Shown here: piece after piece, positions 52,478 to 64,000 of the stretch
Numbering within the stretch: position 1 is the stretch's first letter
How the letters are laid out: every line of letters begins with the position of its first letter
NCBI RefSeq assembly: GCF_902652985.1
Contig: NC_047025.1
Coordinates: forward strand, 16,120,001 to 16,184,000
Reading direction: 5' to 3'
DNA length: 64,000 bases
DNA from: Pecten maximus
Lineage: Eukaryota
Notes under the pieces: model-generated
Seen by the model: only the letters and a program-made list of their open reading frames with translations
Databases searched by the model: none
What the model was told of the DNA's origin: nothing
Translations under genes and position numbers: made by a program

Positions 52478-55123
52478 CTAGGGATAGTAATCACGCTTCT
52501 CCAAGAAGTCCTTCACTTTCCCCTTAATTGTCTGTACTGCATCATCACCATCGTCCCACTGGAGGTACCTCTCGCTCCTCATCATCGGGTGCAGAATCTT
52601 CGGCACCCGTTTCACTTTCAGATACTCACTTGCCACGACGATGTAATCTTCTATTACCCCTTTCGCCTTCAACATGACAACATAATCTAGTTCGCACTCA
52701 TACCGTGGGTCAGATACGTAGTTATTACTTAGGATGATTATGACCTTTCTGCTTGCTTCCATATTGTCTACGACATTGGCTATGTATGACTTCCCAGGTG
52801 CGGCATCTCTCTGATCGAAATAAAGTTTAAAATCACCACCGAACTGCTTTTCGTCGCTGAGCTTTCCATTATCAATGCCTTCCAAGAAGTTCTCCAGCAC
52901 CCATTTCCAGTCAGTTTCTGCACAAGATAGATAAGCATCATACGTATGGTCCCTGCCCGGGATGGGTTCATAGTTTGCTGGATCCTTCACCTTTCTTCGA
53001 ACACGTCTGCACATACGATGGCATCTAAGTCGGATAAACCATCTCTTTCGATACAGGCAAATGATTATGAAGATCACGACTACCACAGCCACCCCCACCA
53101 TGGCTAATAGCACAGGCAAAGTGAAGAATAGACAGTTAATTTTTGTCCGGTCAAATGACAAGAGTTTCTTTCCACGCCAAGACACAGGGCTGTTACAGAT
53201 GTATGAATGTAGCCCAGGAATGGCTATGTCCGTCGTATTTACCCAGTCTCTGAACCAACGTAGATCACAGGTACAAGCAAATGGGTTGTCCGTAAGATTT
53301 AGTGCCATAAGATTCCCTAAATCATGAACAGAAGTCTTGTTAACCAATGCTATCATATTGTGACTGAGATCGAGAATGTACAGTTTGGTCATCTTGTTAA
53401 AAAGATGGGGACCCCATCCAGAGACACGGTTCTGACAGATATTTAACTGTTGAAGCTTAATAAGATCACGAAAACTGGAGTCGTGGATTGTTTGTATCTG
53501 GTTATTGGACAGATCAAGAGTTTGTAGATTATGAAGCCCCGCGAAGAGTTTCCCCTCCCTGTCTATGTCCATGACATTTCCGATGTTATTGTTCTCTAAG
53601 TGGAAATGTTGGAGTGACGGCAATTGGTTAAACAAGGTGCTGGGCATCTTACCGAGCGCGTTGTCGGCCAGATTGAGATACTGAAGAGCGTTCAATGAGT
53701 CGAATAGGGAGGACTGATTAGGAATGCTCTTTATGTTGTTTTTGTTCAACTCCAAAGATACCAGACGCGTCAAGGGCTGAAATACTTTCCCTGGTAAGGT
53801 ACCGATCTTATTTTGGACGAGATGCAATATTTTCAGATTGATCAACCCGCTAAAGGAAGACTGGTAGAGTGTCACAATAATGTTTGCTCCCAGGTATAAT
53901 GTTTGAAGGCTGGTGAGATCGCGAAATATGTCGTCTGGGAGAGAGCTGATTCGGTTTCCGTTTAGATATAGAATAGCCAAAGTAGATGGCAAGTTTTTTG
54001 GAACATTATCTAGAAAATTATCGTTCAGTTTGAGATTAGTCAAAGTTTTCAGACCAGCAAAGGCTGTATCGGCTACTGAAGTTATACCACTGCTGCTGAG
54101 GTCGATTAATTGTAAATTTTCTAAATCTGCAAAAGCTCTGCTAGGAATATGCCGAATCTTATTGTTTGACATAATTAAAGTGTTGATCGTTGTGTTTCGG
54201 AGAAGTTGGAAAGTTGCATTGGGGATAAATCCTCCCAGTGTCAAGTTAGCGATATTCAAGGAACGAAGAGGTTTTCCTTGCAGACCAACGAGTGCACTTT
54301 CAAGTACTGAAGCGGTTATTGGATTTCTGCCTAGCTTCAGAGACTGAATATTATTCAGTGGAGCAAAAGCATGGCGAGATATATTGTTGATGTTGTTTCT
54401 TGACAATTCTAGCTTGATGACGCTTGTTGTGTCCAAAGCTTCAAACGTTTTGTTTTCTAGGGTAGTGATGAAGTTGTTGCTGAGACCAATGTTCTTCAGT
54501 TGAGTGAGATTCCTGTACTGGACAGGAATAGTGGCATTGTTGATGACGTTGGCTTGGATATAAAGACTTTGTAGTCCGCGAAGTGCCCCCAGTGGGGGAA
54601 CCTTCGTCAGTTTGTTACTGTCCAGAACAACAAACGCGACACTGTTGCATCCGACAAAAGCGTTCTCATCAATTACATTGATGTAATTATTTCCGAGGTA
54701 TAGCGTCTCGAGACTTGTTAGGTTATAGAACGACCACCTGTCCAGAGAAGTGATGACATTGTTGTCCAAACGAACCAAATTTATATTGGGAGTATACTGT
54801 CCATGAAAGGCATACTGTTGGAGCTTTATAATCTTGTTGTTTTGGAGATATAGCTCCTTGAGATTTGGCAGAAAACCAAAGTGTTGGCTATTTAGTACGT
54901 CTATTAAGTTATGGGTCAGATACAGTTTTTCGGTAGAATTGGGTATGCCAGCTGGTATATCATATAGATGCAATCCCTCGCAATTAACGCTGGTAAGAGC
55001 TTTATTGCAGAAACATTTTGTGGGTAATTCTTTTGGACAGTACTTGTTGAATTGGATTCCCACTACACAACCCCACTTGACGAATGCCAAACAGACGATG
55101 ATAAGGTAAGTTGAAGCTCGCAT
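52478..55123 (-). CDS. Toll-like receptor (single cysteine cluster type), 881 aa, one coding exon
   Basis: The ATG at 55123 directly follows the acceptor tttcag. Signal peptide, LRRNT (CPKELPTKCFC), >20 LxxLxLxxN repeats, LRRCT (NPFACTCDLRWF), TM helix, and TIR (YDAYLS, RDAAPG, SRKVIIILS). Confidence 0.95.
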   Translation of the reverse strand: MRASTYLIIVCLAFVKWGCVVGIQFNKYCPKELPTKCFCNKALTSVNCEGLHLYDIPAGIPNSTEKLYLTHNLIDVLNSQHFGFLPNLKELYLQNNKIIKLQQYAFHGQYTPNINLVRLDNNVITSLDRWSFYNLTSLETLYLGNNYINVIDENAFVGCNSVAFVVLDSNKLTKVPPLGALRGLQSLYIQANVINNATIPVQYRNLTQLKNIGLSNNFITTLENKTFEALDTTSVIKLELSRNNINNISRHAFAPLNNIQSLKLGRNPITASVLESALVGLQGKPLRSLNIANLTLGGFIPNATFQLLRNTTINTLIMSNNKIRHIPSRAFADLENLQLIDLSSSGITSVADTAFAGLKTLTNLKLNDNFLDNVPKNLPSTLAILYLNGNRISSLPDDIFRDLTSLQTLYLGANIIVTLYQSSFSGLINLKILHLVQNKIGTLPGKVFQPLTRLVSLELNKNNIKSIPNQSSLFDSLNALQYLNLADNALGKMPSTLFNQLPSLQHFHLENNNIGNVMDIDREGKLFAGLHNLQTLDLSNNQIQTIHDSSFRDLIKLQQLNICQNRVSGWGPHLFNKMTKLYILDLSHNMIALVNKTSVHDLGNLMALNLTDNPFACTCDLRWFRDWVNTTDIAIPGLHSYICNSPVSWRGKKLLSFDRTKINCLFFTLPVLLAMVGVAVVVVIFIIICLYRKRWFIRLRCHRMCRRVRRKVKDPANYEPIPGRDHTYDAYLSCAETDWKWVLENFLEGIDNGKLSDEKQFGGDFKLYFDQRDAAPGKSYIANVVDNMEASRKVIIILSNNYVSDPRYECELDYVVMLKAKGVIEDYIVVASEYLKVKRVPKILHPMMRSERYLQWDDGDDAVQTIKGKVKDFLEKRDYYP

Positions 55124-55198
55124 CTGAAACATCAATGGAAAACTCAATCAAACATTTTAACTCAATATTAGTAAGCACATCTGCTAATAAAATCTAGC

Positions 55199-55199
<1 letters not shown>

Positions 55200-55232
<33 letters not shown>
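55200..55232. repeat. (GAT)n microsatellite
   Basis: About 11 GAT units. Confidence 0.9.
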
Positions 55233-55233
<1 letters not shown>

Positions 55234-57468
55234 AAGTACGTTAAATGAGTATTCATTTACTGCATAAGATATTCTGGTTAAAATTTTTTAAATGATAAAC
55301 CATTCATTAATAATCCTACACTGAGCGTTAATAAGAAATGTTTTCCTTCGATCATATACCAATTAGTGTATTTTATATCAAGTAAGAGATCTGTTGAATG
55401 TAATGAATTTACAGTTTCTTGTAAATGTTAATAAAAACGTTCTGCATGATTTTGAAATCTCTAACTTTGATGTGAGAATCAAGGTATACTTAACCGCTCG
55501 TTATCACAAATGATACAAAGTGAGGTGAATTAAAACAACAAAGAACTTCAAACATTGAAATGAAACCGTAAATTTAACCAAAAATCGATAAAACGCAAGC
55601 AAAATACGAAAAGAATATGTATATATATACACACACACAGAGACCCCTGAAAGTAACCAGGCCAATAAGACCAGGTGTTAGGATAGGGGAAGCGTCTACT
55701 TATTGACCACAATCGTCATGTAAACGTAATTTAACTAATAGACCTAAACACTGATGTACCCAAATTACTCTTGTACATGTTAGTAGTGAGTTGCCCAGTA
55801 TTGGTGACCATGATCTCCTATCAGTTCTAATTGGACATGTATGCGATACCTGTTTATTCATGTAATAGAAATTGCATCCTTTATGTTTTTCTGTTCCAGT
55901 GATATAGAACAACCCTTGGGATGATATATATATAAATCTACAGGAACATAGGGTCGTATTGATGTGTATTATATGATATCCATTATTAAACTAAAACTTA
56001 AAAAGGAATTTAAATATTTCTTAACTAAGGATGAAATAAATGATGAATGGGGGAACATAATAATTTCAACCATCTACAGTCAATAAAAGTATTGTTGCAC
56101 AGGCGGACTGGAAGTTGTCCGGTTGTATCGACAGGTATACAGTAAAACAACGTATTCACGTCGAGGGGTCTAATTTCATTGATCAAGGTGGTGGCATTGT
56201 TTACCCATTCATCACAGAAACACTAATATGAACTGATCTATACCTACGTGAAGTACTTCACATAAAGAACAATAATGCGTTAGTTTGTGCCTTGCATGGA
56301 AGAGGTAAAGGCTTAAATGCCAAATAATAATAACTCTTTGCTAGTTACCCTGACGTGGGCCACGTACAGCGATAGTCGGTGATAAAATACAGGTTAAATA
56401 TCGCGTAATCTATTGAGATTCCACGATTCTGGTTAGTATTAATAGAAAAAAATAGACCCTACTCAACGTAGGAGTAGGTGACTATTTTTTTTCTATTAAT
56501 AATAACCAGAAGCAGACGCCTGTGACCAAAATAGATCGTCATGGCCCCTTGGTGAGTTGTGCGGTCTGAACGGTTTACGAATACATTGCGTATATGTAGG
56601 CAATCAATACCATTTGATATGCATTTTATACTACCATTCCATGTATATTTCTTGTCGACACTGTTTGTTTACATTTTACTTTAAACGACTCTTTTTTATC
56701 CAAGTGAAACATTTCTATCTCAATATTATCATCTTTTTACTAAATACTTTGAATTTATTAAATATACATTTGATGTTGAAAATGTCTTTCAAATATGACC
56801 AAGGAAAATTAAATGATATAAAAAAAACATCGGTTATTTTTTTCTCTTTTTTTTTTTTAATCCAAGTGAAAATTTTCTATCTCAACATTTTTATCTTTTT
56901 ACTAAATACTTTATATCAAATATACATTTAATGTTGAACATATCTTTCAAATATGACAAAGAAAAATCAAATGGCATTTAGAAACATAACAAATATAAAA
57001 AGATACATTTTGGTGATTCGGACTACGGACCTTCAGGTTGTTAAGCGGTGACTCTACCATACATGAATTATAGACTTGTTGGAATAAAATTGAAATATTT
57101 CATCGGTCGCGGTTTTTCAATTTTTCTATATTAGTGCATCAGAGGAACACCTTTTAGGAATGGGATTTTGGTGTGTCTTTTTGTACATACAATAGAATAA
57201 GTCTTTGTAAAAATTGGTTCTTTTGATACTTCTCAATGATTTCTCTACTCCCAGAAATCAAATTATACCTTTTCTGACGTCAACACAATTTGTTGACTAA
57301 GTTAATCTCTTTTAAGGGACACCCATTAAAGTTTGAAACCAGGATGAAGTCCCTTCAACATTTTTTCAACTTAAGATATTTTGCTCTTTGAAGAACATTG
57401 GCTACCTCGACGTCTTGTTCTCGGGGCTTACCCTAGTTATCTTATTACGGTGGTACGTTTATCTAACT

Positions 57469-57942
57469 AATACAATACTGCCATCGACCGTGTACATATA
57501 TTGTACGTATATAGAGAATACATGGTCAGTGTCTTAAAATATAAGCTGTATTTTGGCGAGGATAAAGAAAGACAAAAGTGTCGAGCCTTGGCGAGCCACT
57601 TTTGTCTTTCTGTCCCGAGCCAAAAATACAGCTTATATTTTAAGACACTGACCATGTATTCTATTTATCCTGCAACATACATCAAAATAATCATCAAAAA
57701 TAATTATTTTGAAGTGAAACGGTGTCAAAAATGACAGAAATATATTCGCCTTTTAAACGTAGTTTCACTTTGAAGTAGGCCAGTCGAACTGACGCACGTG
57801 CTAAGATTCCAAAATACAGCTTTTTTTCGTCACTGCCGTATACAGCAAAAATATATATGGTGGGTGTATTCTGACAATGCGGTGGCAGTTGCAGGATAAA
57901 ATACAATACTGCCATCGACCGTGTATATATATTGTACGTATA
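57469..57942. mobile_element. Palindromic Crypton-like non-autonomous element flanked by a 43-bp direct duplication
   Basis: ~150-bp hairpin at 57515-57663; TTATCCTGCAAC/GTTGCAGGATAA inverted pair; 43-bp direct repeats at 57469-57511 and 57900-57942. Confidence 0.6.
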
Positions 57943-58181
57943 ACGCAATACTGCCATTGATTTGGAATAATGTATGACTAGCTTATTTCCTTCAAATCAA
58001 TGAGAAGCAATTTCTGTCAAATGAAAATTCAAATAAAAAATATTATCTTTAAGGTTTGATAAAACCCTATCGATTAATTATGGTCTGTAACAATTGTATA
58101 ACTGACAATATGATATTTTATTTTTCAAAAGCCAAACCTTTGCAGTAATGTCATACGCCGCCAAGTGAGTAACAGCTGCGG

Positions 58182-58443
58182 CTAATACACGCGAGGGGTC
58201 ACCGGGAGTTCGCGGACAGGTTTAGGTACATAGTCTTCATAATAAAGAACAAAAGAAATGTATGACGTTTCACATTCAGTAGTCGAGGTTCTTGCATCTT
58301 TTATTAATTTCATATGACTCTGTTGCTACATAAAAAAAAAAATTATGGTGCTATTCTATTCACCTGCGTGCTTAGTACCCTCCTCGACCGCTCGACGGAT
58401 GCATAACTTACAAGCCAAAGACAAACACTCGCCTCGTCGAGAT
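58182..58443 (-). CDS. Putative last two coding exons of an unidentified minus-strand gene
   Basis: Exon 58443-58364 (ttgacag| ... CAG|gtgaat), a 129-nt intron with a pyrimidine tract, and exon 58234-58182 splice in frame to SRRGECLSLACKLCIRRAVEEGTKHADYVPKPVRELPVTPRVY*. Both segments are GC-rich relative to their flanks. Confidence 0.5.
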
Positions 58444-58452
58444 CTGTCAATA

Positions 58453-61400
58453 TCGGGTGTATTGACAGACGAGGCGTGTATATTGGGTGTATTGACAGAC
58501 GAGGTGAGTATATCGGGTGTATTGACAGACGAGGCGTGTATACTGGGTGTATTGACAGACGAGGCGTGTATACTGGGTGTATTGACAGACGAGGAGAGTT
58601 TATTGGGTGTATTGACAGACGAGGCGTGTATACTGGGTGTATTGACACACGAGGTGAGTATATTGGGTGTATCGACAGACAAGACGAGTATACTGGGTGT
58701 AATGACAGACGAGGCGTGTATTGACAGAATAGGAGAGTATATTGGGTGTATTGACAGACGAGGTGAGTATACTGGGTGTATTAACAGACGAGGTGAGTAT
58801 ACTGGGTGTATTAACAGACGAGGTGAGTATATTGGGTGTATTGACAGACAAGACGAGTATACTGGGTGTATTGACAGACGAGGCGTGTATATTGGGTGTA
58901 TTGACAGACGAGGCGTGTATATTGGGTGTATTGACAGACGAGGCGAGTGATTGTATACCAGGTGTATTGACAGACGAGGCGAGTGATTGTATACCAGGTG
59001 TATTGACAGACGAGGAGAGTGATTGTATACCAGGTGTATTGACAGACGAGGAGAGTGATTGTATACCAGGTGTATTGACAGACGAGAAGAGTGATTGTAT
59101 ATTAGGTTTATTGAAAGACTAGACGAGTATATTGGGTGTATTGACAGAGAAGGCGAGTGATTGTATATCAGGTGTATTAACCGACGATGCGAGAATATTG
59201 GGTGTATTAACAGACGAGGTGAGTATATTGGGTGTATTGACAGACGAGGTGAGTGATTGTATACCAGGTGTATTGACAGACGAGGCGAGTGATTGTATAC
59301 CAGGTGTATTGACAGACGAGGAGAGTGATTGTATACCAGGTGTATTGACAGACGAGGTGAGTGATTGTATACCAGGTGTATTGACAGACGAGGTGAGTGA
59401 TTGTATACCAGGTGTATTGACAGACGAGGTGAGTGATTGTATACCAGGTGTATTGACAGACGAGGCGAGTATATTGTATATCAGGTGTATTAACCGACGA
59501 TGCGAGTATATTGGGTGTATTGACAGACGAGGAGAGTGATTGTATACCAGGTGTATTGACAGACGAGGAGAGTGATTGTATACCAGGTGTATTGACAGAC
59601 GAGGTGAGTGATTGTATACCAGGTGTATTGACAGACGAGGAGAGTAGATTGTATATCAGGTGTATTAACCGACGATGCGAGTATATTGGGTGTATTAACA
59701 GACGAGGAGAGTATATTGGGTGTATTAACAGACTAGGAGAGTAATTGTATTCCAGGTGTATTGACAGACGAGGAGAGTGATTGTATACCAGGTGTATTGA
59801 CAGACGAGGAGAGTGATTGTATACCAGGTGTATTGACAGACGAGGCGAGTATATCGTATATCAGGTTGTTGACAGACGAGGTGAGTATATTGGGTGTATT
59901 GACAGACGAGGCGTGTATACTGGGTGTATTGACAGACGAGGAGAGTTTATTGGGTGTATTGACAGACGAGGCGTGTATACTGGGTGTATTGACACACGAG
60001 GTGAGTATATTGGGTGTATCGACAGACAAGACGAGTATACTGGGTGTAATGACAGACGAGGCGTGTATTGACAGACGAGGAGAGTATATTGGGTGTATTG
60101 ACAGACGAGGTGAGTATACTGGGTGTATTAACAGACGAGGTGAGTATACTGGGTGTATTGACAGACGAGGTGAGTATATTGGGTGTATCGACAGACAAGA
60201 CGAGTATACTGGGTGTAATGACAGACGAGGCGTGTATTGACAGAATAGGAGAGTATATTGGGTGTATTGACAGACGAGGTGAGTATACTGGGTGTATTAA
60301 CAGACGAGGTGAGTATACTGGGTGTATTAACAGACGAGGTGAGTATATTGGGTGTATTGACAGACAAGACGAGTATACTGGGTGTATTGACAGACGAGGC
60401 GTGTATATTGGGTGTATTGACAGACGAGGCGTGTATATTGGGTGTATTGACAGACGAGGCGAGTGATTGTATACCAGGTGTATTGACAGACGAGGCGAGT
60501 GATTGTATACCAGGTGTATTGACAGACGAGGAGAGTGATTGTATACCAGGTGTATTGACAGACGAGGAGAGTGATTGTATACCAGGTGTATTGACAGACG
60601 AGAAGAGTGATTGTATATTAGGTTTATTGAAAGACTAGACGAGTATATTGGGTGTATTGACAGAGAAGGCGAGTGATTGTATATCAGGTGTATTAACCGA
60701 CGATGCGAGAATATTGGGTGTATTAACAGACGAGGTGAGTATATTGGGTGTATTGACAGACGAGGTGAGTGATTGTATACCAGGTGTATTGACAGACGAG
60801 GCGAGTGATTGTATACCAGGTGTATTGACAGACGAGGAGAGTGATTGTATACCAGGTGTATTGACAGACGAGGTGAGTGATTGTATACCAGGTGTATTGA
60901 CAGACGAGGTGAGTGATTGTATACCAGGTGTATTGACAGACGAGGTGAGTGATTGTATACCAGGTGTATTGACAGACGAGGCGAGTATATTGTATATCAG
61001 GTGTATTAACCGACGATGCGAGTATATTGGGTGTATTGACAGACGAGGAGAGTGATTGTATACCAGGTGTATTGACAGACGAGGAGAGTGATTGTATACC
61101 AGGTGTATTGACAGACGAGGTGAGTGATTGTATACCAGGTGTATTGACAGACGAGGAGAGTAGATTGTATATCAGGTGTATTAACCGACGATGCGAGTAT
61201 ATTGGGTGTATTAACAGACGAGGAGAGTATATTGGGTGTATTAACAGACTAGGAGAGTAATTGTATTCCAGGTGTATTGACAGACGAGGAGAGTGATTGT
61301 ATACCAGGTGTATTGACAGACGAGGAGAGTGATTGTATACCAGGTGTATTGACAGACGAGGCGAGTATATCGTATATCAGGTTGTTGACAGACGAGGTGA

Positions 61401-64000
61401 GTATATTGGGTGTATTGACAGACGAGGCGTGTATACTGGGTGTATTGACAGACGAGGAGAGTTTATTGGGTGTATTGACAGACGAGGCGTGTATACTGGG
61501 TGTATTGACACACGAGGTGAGTATATTGGGTGTATCGACAGACAAGACGAGTATACTGGGTGTAATGACAGACGAGGCGTGTATTGACAGACGAGGAGAG
61601 TATATTGGGTGTATTGACAGACGAGGTGAGTATACTGGGTGTATTAACAGACGAGGTGAGTATACTGGGTGTATTGACAGACGAGGTGAGTATATTGGGT
61701 GTATTGGCAGACAAGACGAGTATACTGGGTGCATTGACAGACGAGGCGTGTATATTGGGTGTATTGACAGACGAGGCGTGTATATTGGGTGTATTGACAG
61801 ACGAGGCGAGTGATTGTATACCAGGTGTATTGACAGACGAGGCGAGTGATTGTATACCAGGTGTATTGACAGACGAGGAGAGTGATTGTATACCAGGTGT
61901 ATTGACAGACGAGGAGAGTGATTGTATACCAGGTGTATTGCCAGACGAGGAGAGTGATTGTATACCAGGTGTATTGACAGACGAGAAGAGTGATTGTATA
62001 TTAGGTTTATTGAAAGACTAGACGAGTATATTGGGTGTATTGACAGAGAAGGCGAGTGATTGTATATCAGGTGTATTAACCGACGATGCGAGAATATTGG
62101 GTGTATTAACAGACGAGGTGAGTATATTGGGTGTATTGACAGACGAGGTGAGTGATTGTATACCAGGTGTATTGACAGACGAGGCGAGTGATTGTATACC
62201 AGGTGTATTGACAGACGAGGTGAGTGATTGTATACCAGGTGTATTGACAGACGAGAAGAGTGATTGTATATTAGGTTTATTGAAAGACTAGACGAGTATA
62301 TTGGGTGTATTGACAGAGAAGGCGAGTGATTGTATATCAGGTGTATTAACCGACGATGCGAGAATATTGGGTGTATTAACAGACGAGGTGAGTATATTGG
62401 GTGTATTGACAGACGAGGTGAGTGATTGTATACCAGGTGTATTGACAGACGAGGCGAGTGATTGTATACCAGGTGTATTGACAGACGAGGAGAGTGATTG
62501 TATACCAGGTGTATTGACAGACGAGGTGAGTGATTGTATACCAGGTGTATTGACAGACGAGGTGAGTGATTGTATACCAGGTGTATTGACAGACGAGGTG
62601 AGTGATTGTATACCAGGTGTATTGACAGACGAGGCGAGTATATTGTATATCAGGTGTATTAACCGACGATGCGAGTATATTGGGTGTATTGACAGACGAG
62701 GAGAGTGATTGTATACCAGGTGTATTGACAGACGAGGAGAGTGATTGTATACCAGGTGTATTGACAGACGAGGTGAGTGATTGTATACCAGGTGTATTGA
62801 CAGACGAGGAGAGTAGATTGTATATCAGGTGTATTAACCGACGATGCGAGTATATTGGGTGTATTAACAGACGAGGAGAGTATATTGGGTGTATTAACAG
62901 ACTAGGAGAGTAATTGTATTCCAGGTGTATTGACAGACGAGGAGAGTGATTGTATACCAGGTGTATTGACAGACGAGGAGAGTGATTGTATACCAGGTGT
63001 ATTGACAGACGAGGCGAGTATATCGTATATCAGGTTGTTGACAGACGAGGTGAGTATATTGGGTGTATTGACAGACGAGGCGTGTATACTGGGTGTATTG
63101 ACAGACGAGGAGAGTTTATTGGGTGTATTGACAGACGAGGCGTGTATACTGGGTGTATTGACACACGAGGTGAGTATATTGGGTGTATCGACAGACAAGA
63201 CGAGTATACTGGGTGTAATGACAGACGAGGCGTGTATTGACAGACGAGGAGAGTATATTGGGTGTATTGACAGACGAGGTGAGTATACTGGGTGTATTAA
63301 CAGACGAGGTGAGTATACTGGGTGTATTGACAGACGAGGTGAGTATATTGGGTGTATTGGCAGACAAGACGAGTATACTGGGTGCATTGACAGACGAGGC
63401 GTGTATATTGGGTGTATTGACAGACGAGGCGTGTATATTGGGTGTATTGACAGACGAGGCGAGTGATTGTATACCAGGTGTATTGACAGACGAGGCGAGT
63501 GATTGTATACCAGGTGTATTGACAGACGAGGAGAGTGATTGTATACCAGGTGTATTGACAGACGAGGAGAGTGATTGTATACCAGGTGTATTGCCAGACG
63601 AGGAGAGTGATTGTATACCAGGTGTATTGACAGACGAGAAGAGTGATTGTATATTAGGTTTATTGAAAGACTAGACGAGTATATTGGGTGTATTGACAGA
63701 GAAGGCGAGTGATTGTATATCAGGTGTATTAACCGACGATGCGAGAATATTGGGTGTATTAACAGACGAGGTGAGTATATTGGGTGTATTGACAGACGAG
63801 GTGAGTGATTGTATACCAGGTGTATTGACAGACGAGGCGAGTGATTGTATACCAGGTGTATTGACAGACGAGGAGAGTGATTGTATACCAGGTGTATTGA
63901 CAGACGAGGTGAGTGATTGTATACCAGGTGTATTGACAGACGAGGTGAGTGATTGTATACCAGGTGTATTGACAGACGAGGTGAGTGATTGTATACCAGG
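58453..64000. repeat. Satellite of 30- and 36-bp monomers with 1516- and 1653-bp higher-order periods; runs off the window end
   Basis: Monomers GGGTGTATTGACAGACGAGG(T/C/A)G(A/T)GTATA(T/C)T and AGGTGTATTGACAGACGAGGNGAGTGATTGTATACC; identical ORF-track peptides recur at +1516 and +1653. Confidence 0.97.

Noticed and set aside
53061-55109. Plus-strand ORFs over the TLR
   Set aside because: Antisense shadows of the coding sequence.
55124-55147. TTG start giving an 889-aa TLR
   Set aside because: This stretch looks like an intron acceptor; the ATG at 55123 gives a clean signal peptide.
58453-64000. Many ORFs with GVLTDE/GCIDRR repeats
   Set aside because: The monomers are 30 or 36 bp (multiples of 3), so frames stay open on both strands; frameshifts are frequent. 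This is a satellite artefact.

Overview
AT-rich, intron-containing animal DNA. Its repeat content (V-SINEs, HINE/Helentron MITEs, Kolobok- and Crypton-like MITEs) suggests a bivalve mollusc; this is an inference. Four genes can be assembled by hand with consistent GT-AG phases. These are ADAT1 (minus, 6826-16143, 9 coding exons, one frame break in exon 5), GABARAPL2/ATG8 (minus, 23358-28862, 4 exons, 117 aa), PRPF4B kinase (plus, 29088-41779, 13 exons, about 917 aa, head-to-head with GABARAPL2 across 225 bp), and a Toll-like receptor with a single coding exon (minus, 52478-55123, 881 aa). Probable 3' ends of two more genes lie near the window edges (1024-1097 plus; 58182-58443 minus). The most notable observations are: GABARAPL2-ADAT1 adjacency as in human; a bidirectional promoter rich in autophagy transcription-factor motifs; tRNA-containing solo LTRs (Helenus-like TRIMs); a LINE 3' end that shares its tail with local SINEs; a palindromic element with a 43-bp flanking duplication; and a >5.5-kb higher-order satellite whose monomer is an inverted copy of an adjacent splice acceptor/exon. 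No prokaryotic systems are present. All coordinates were counted by hand.
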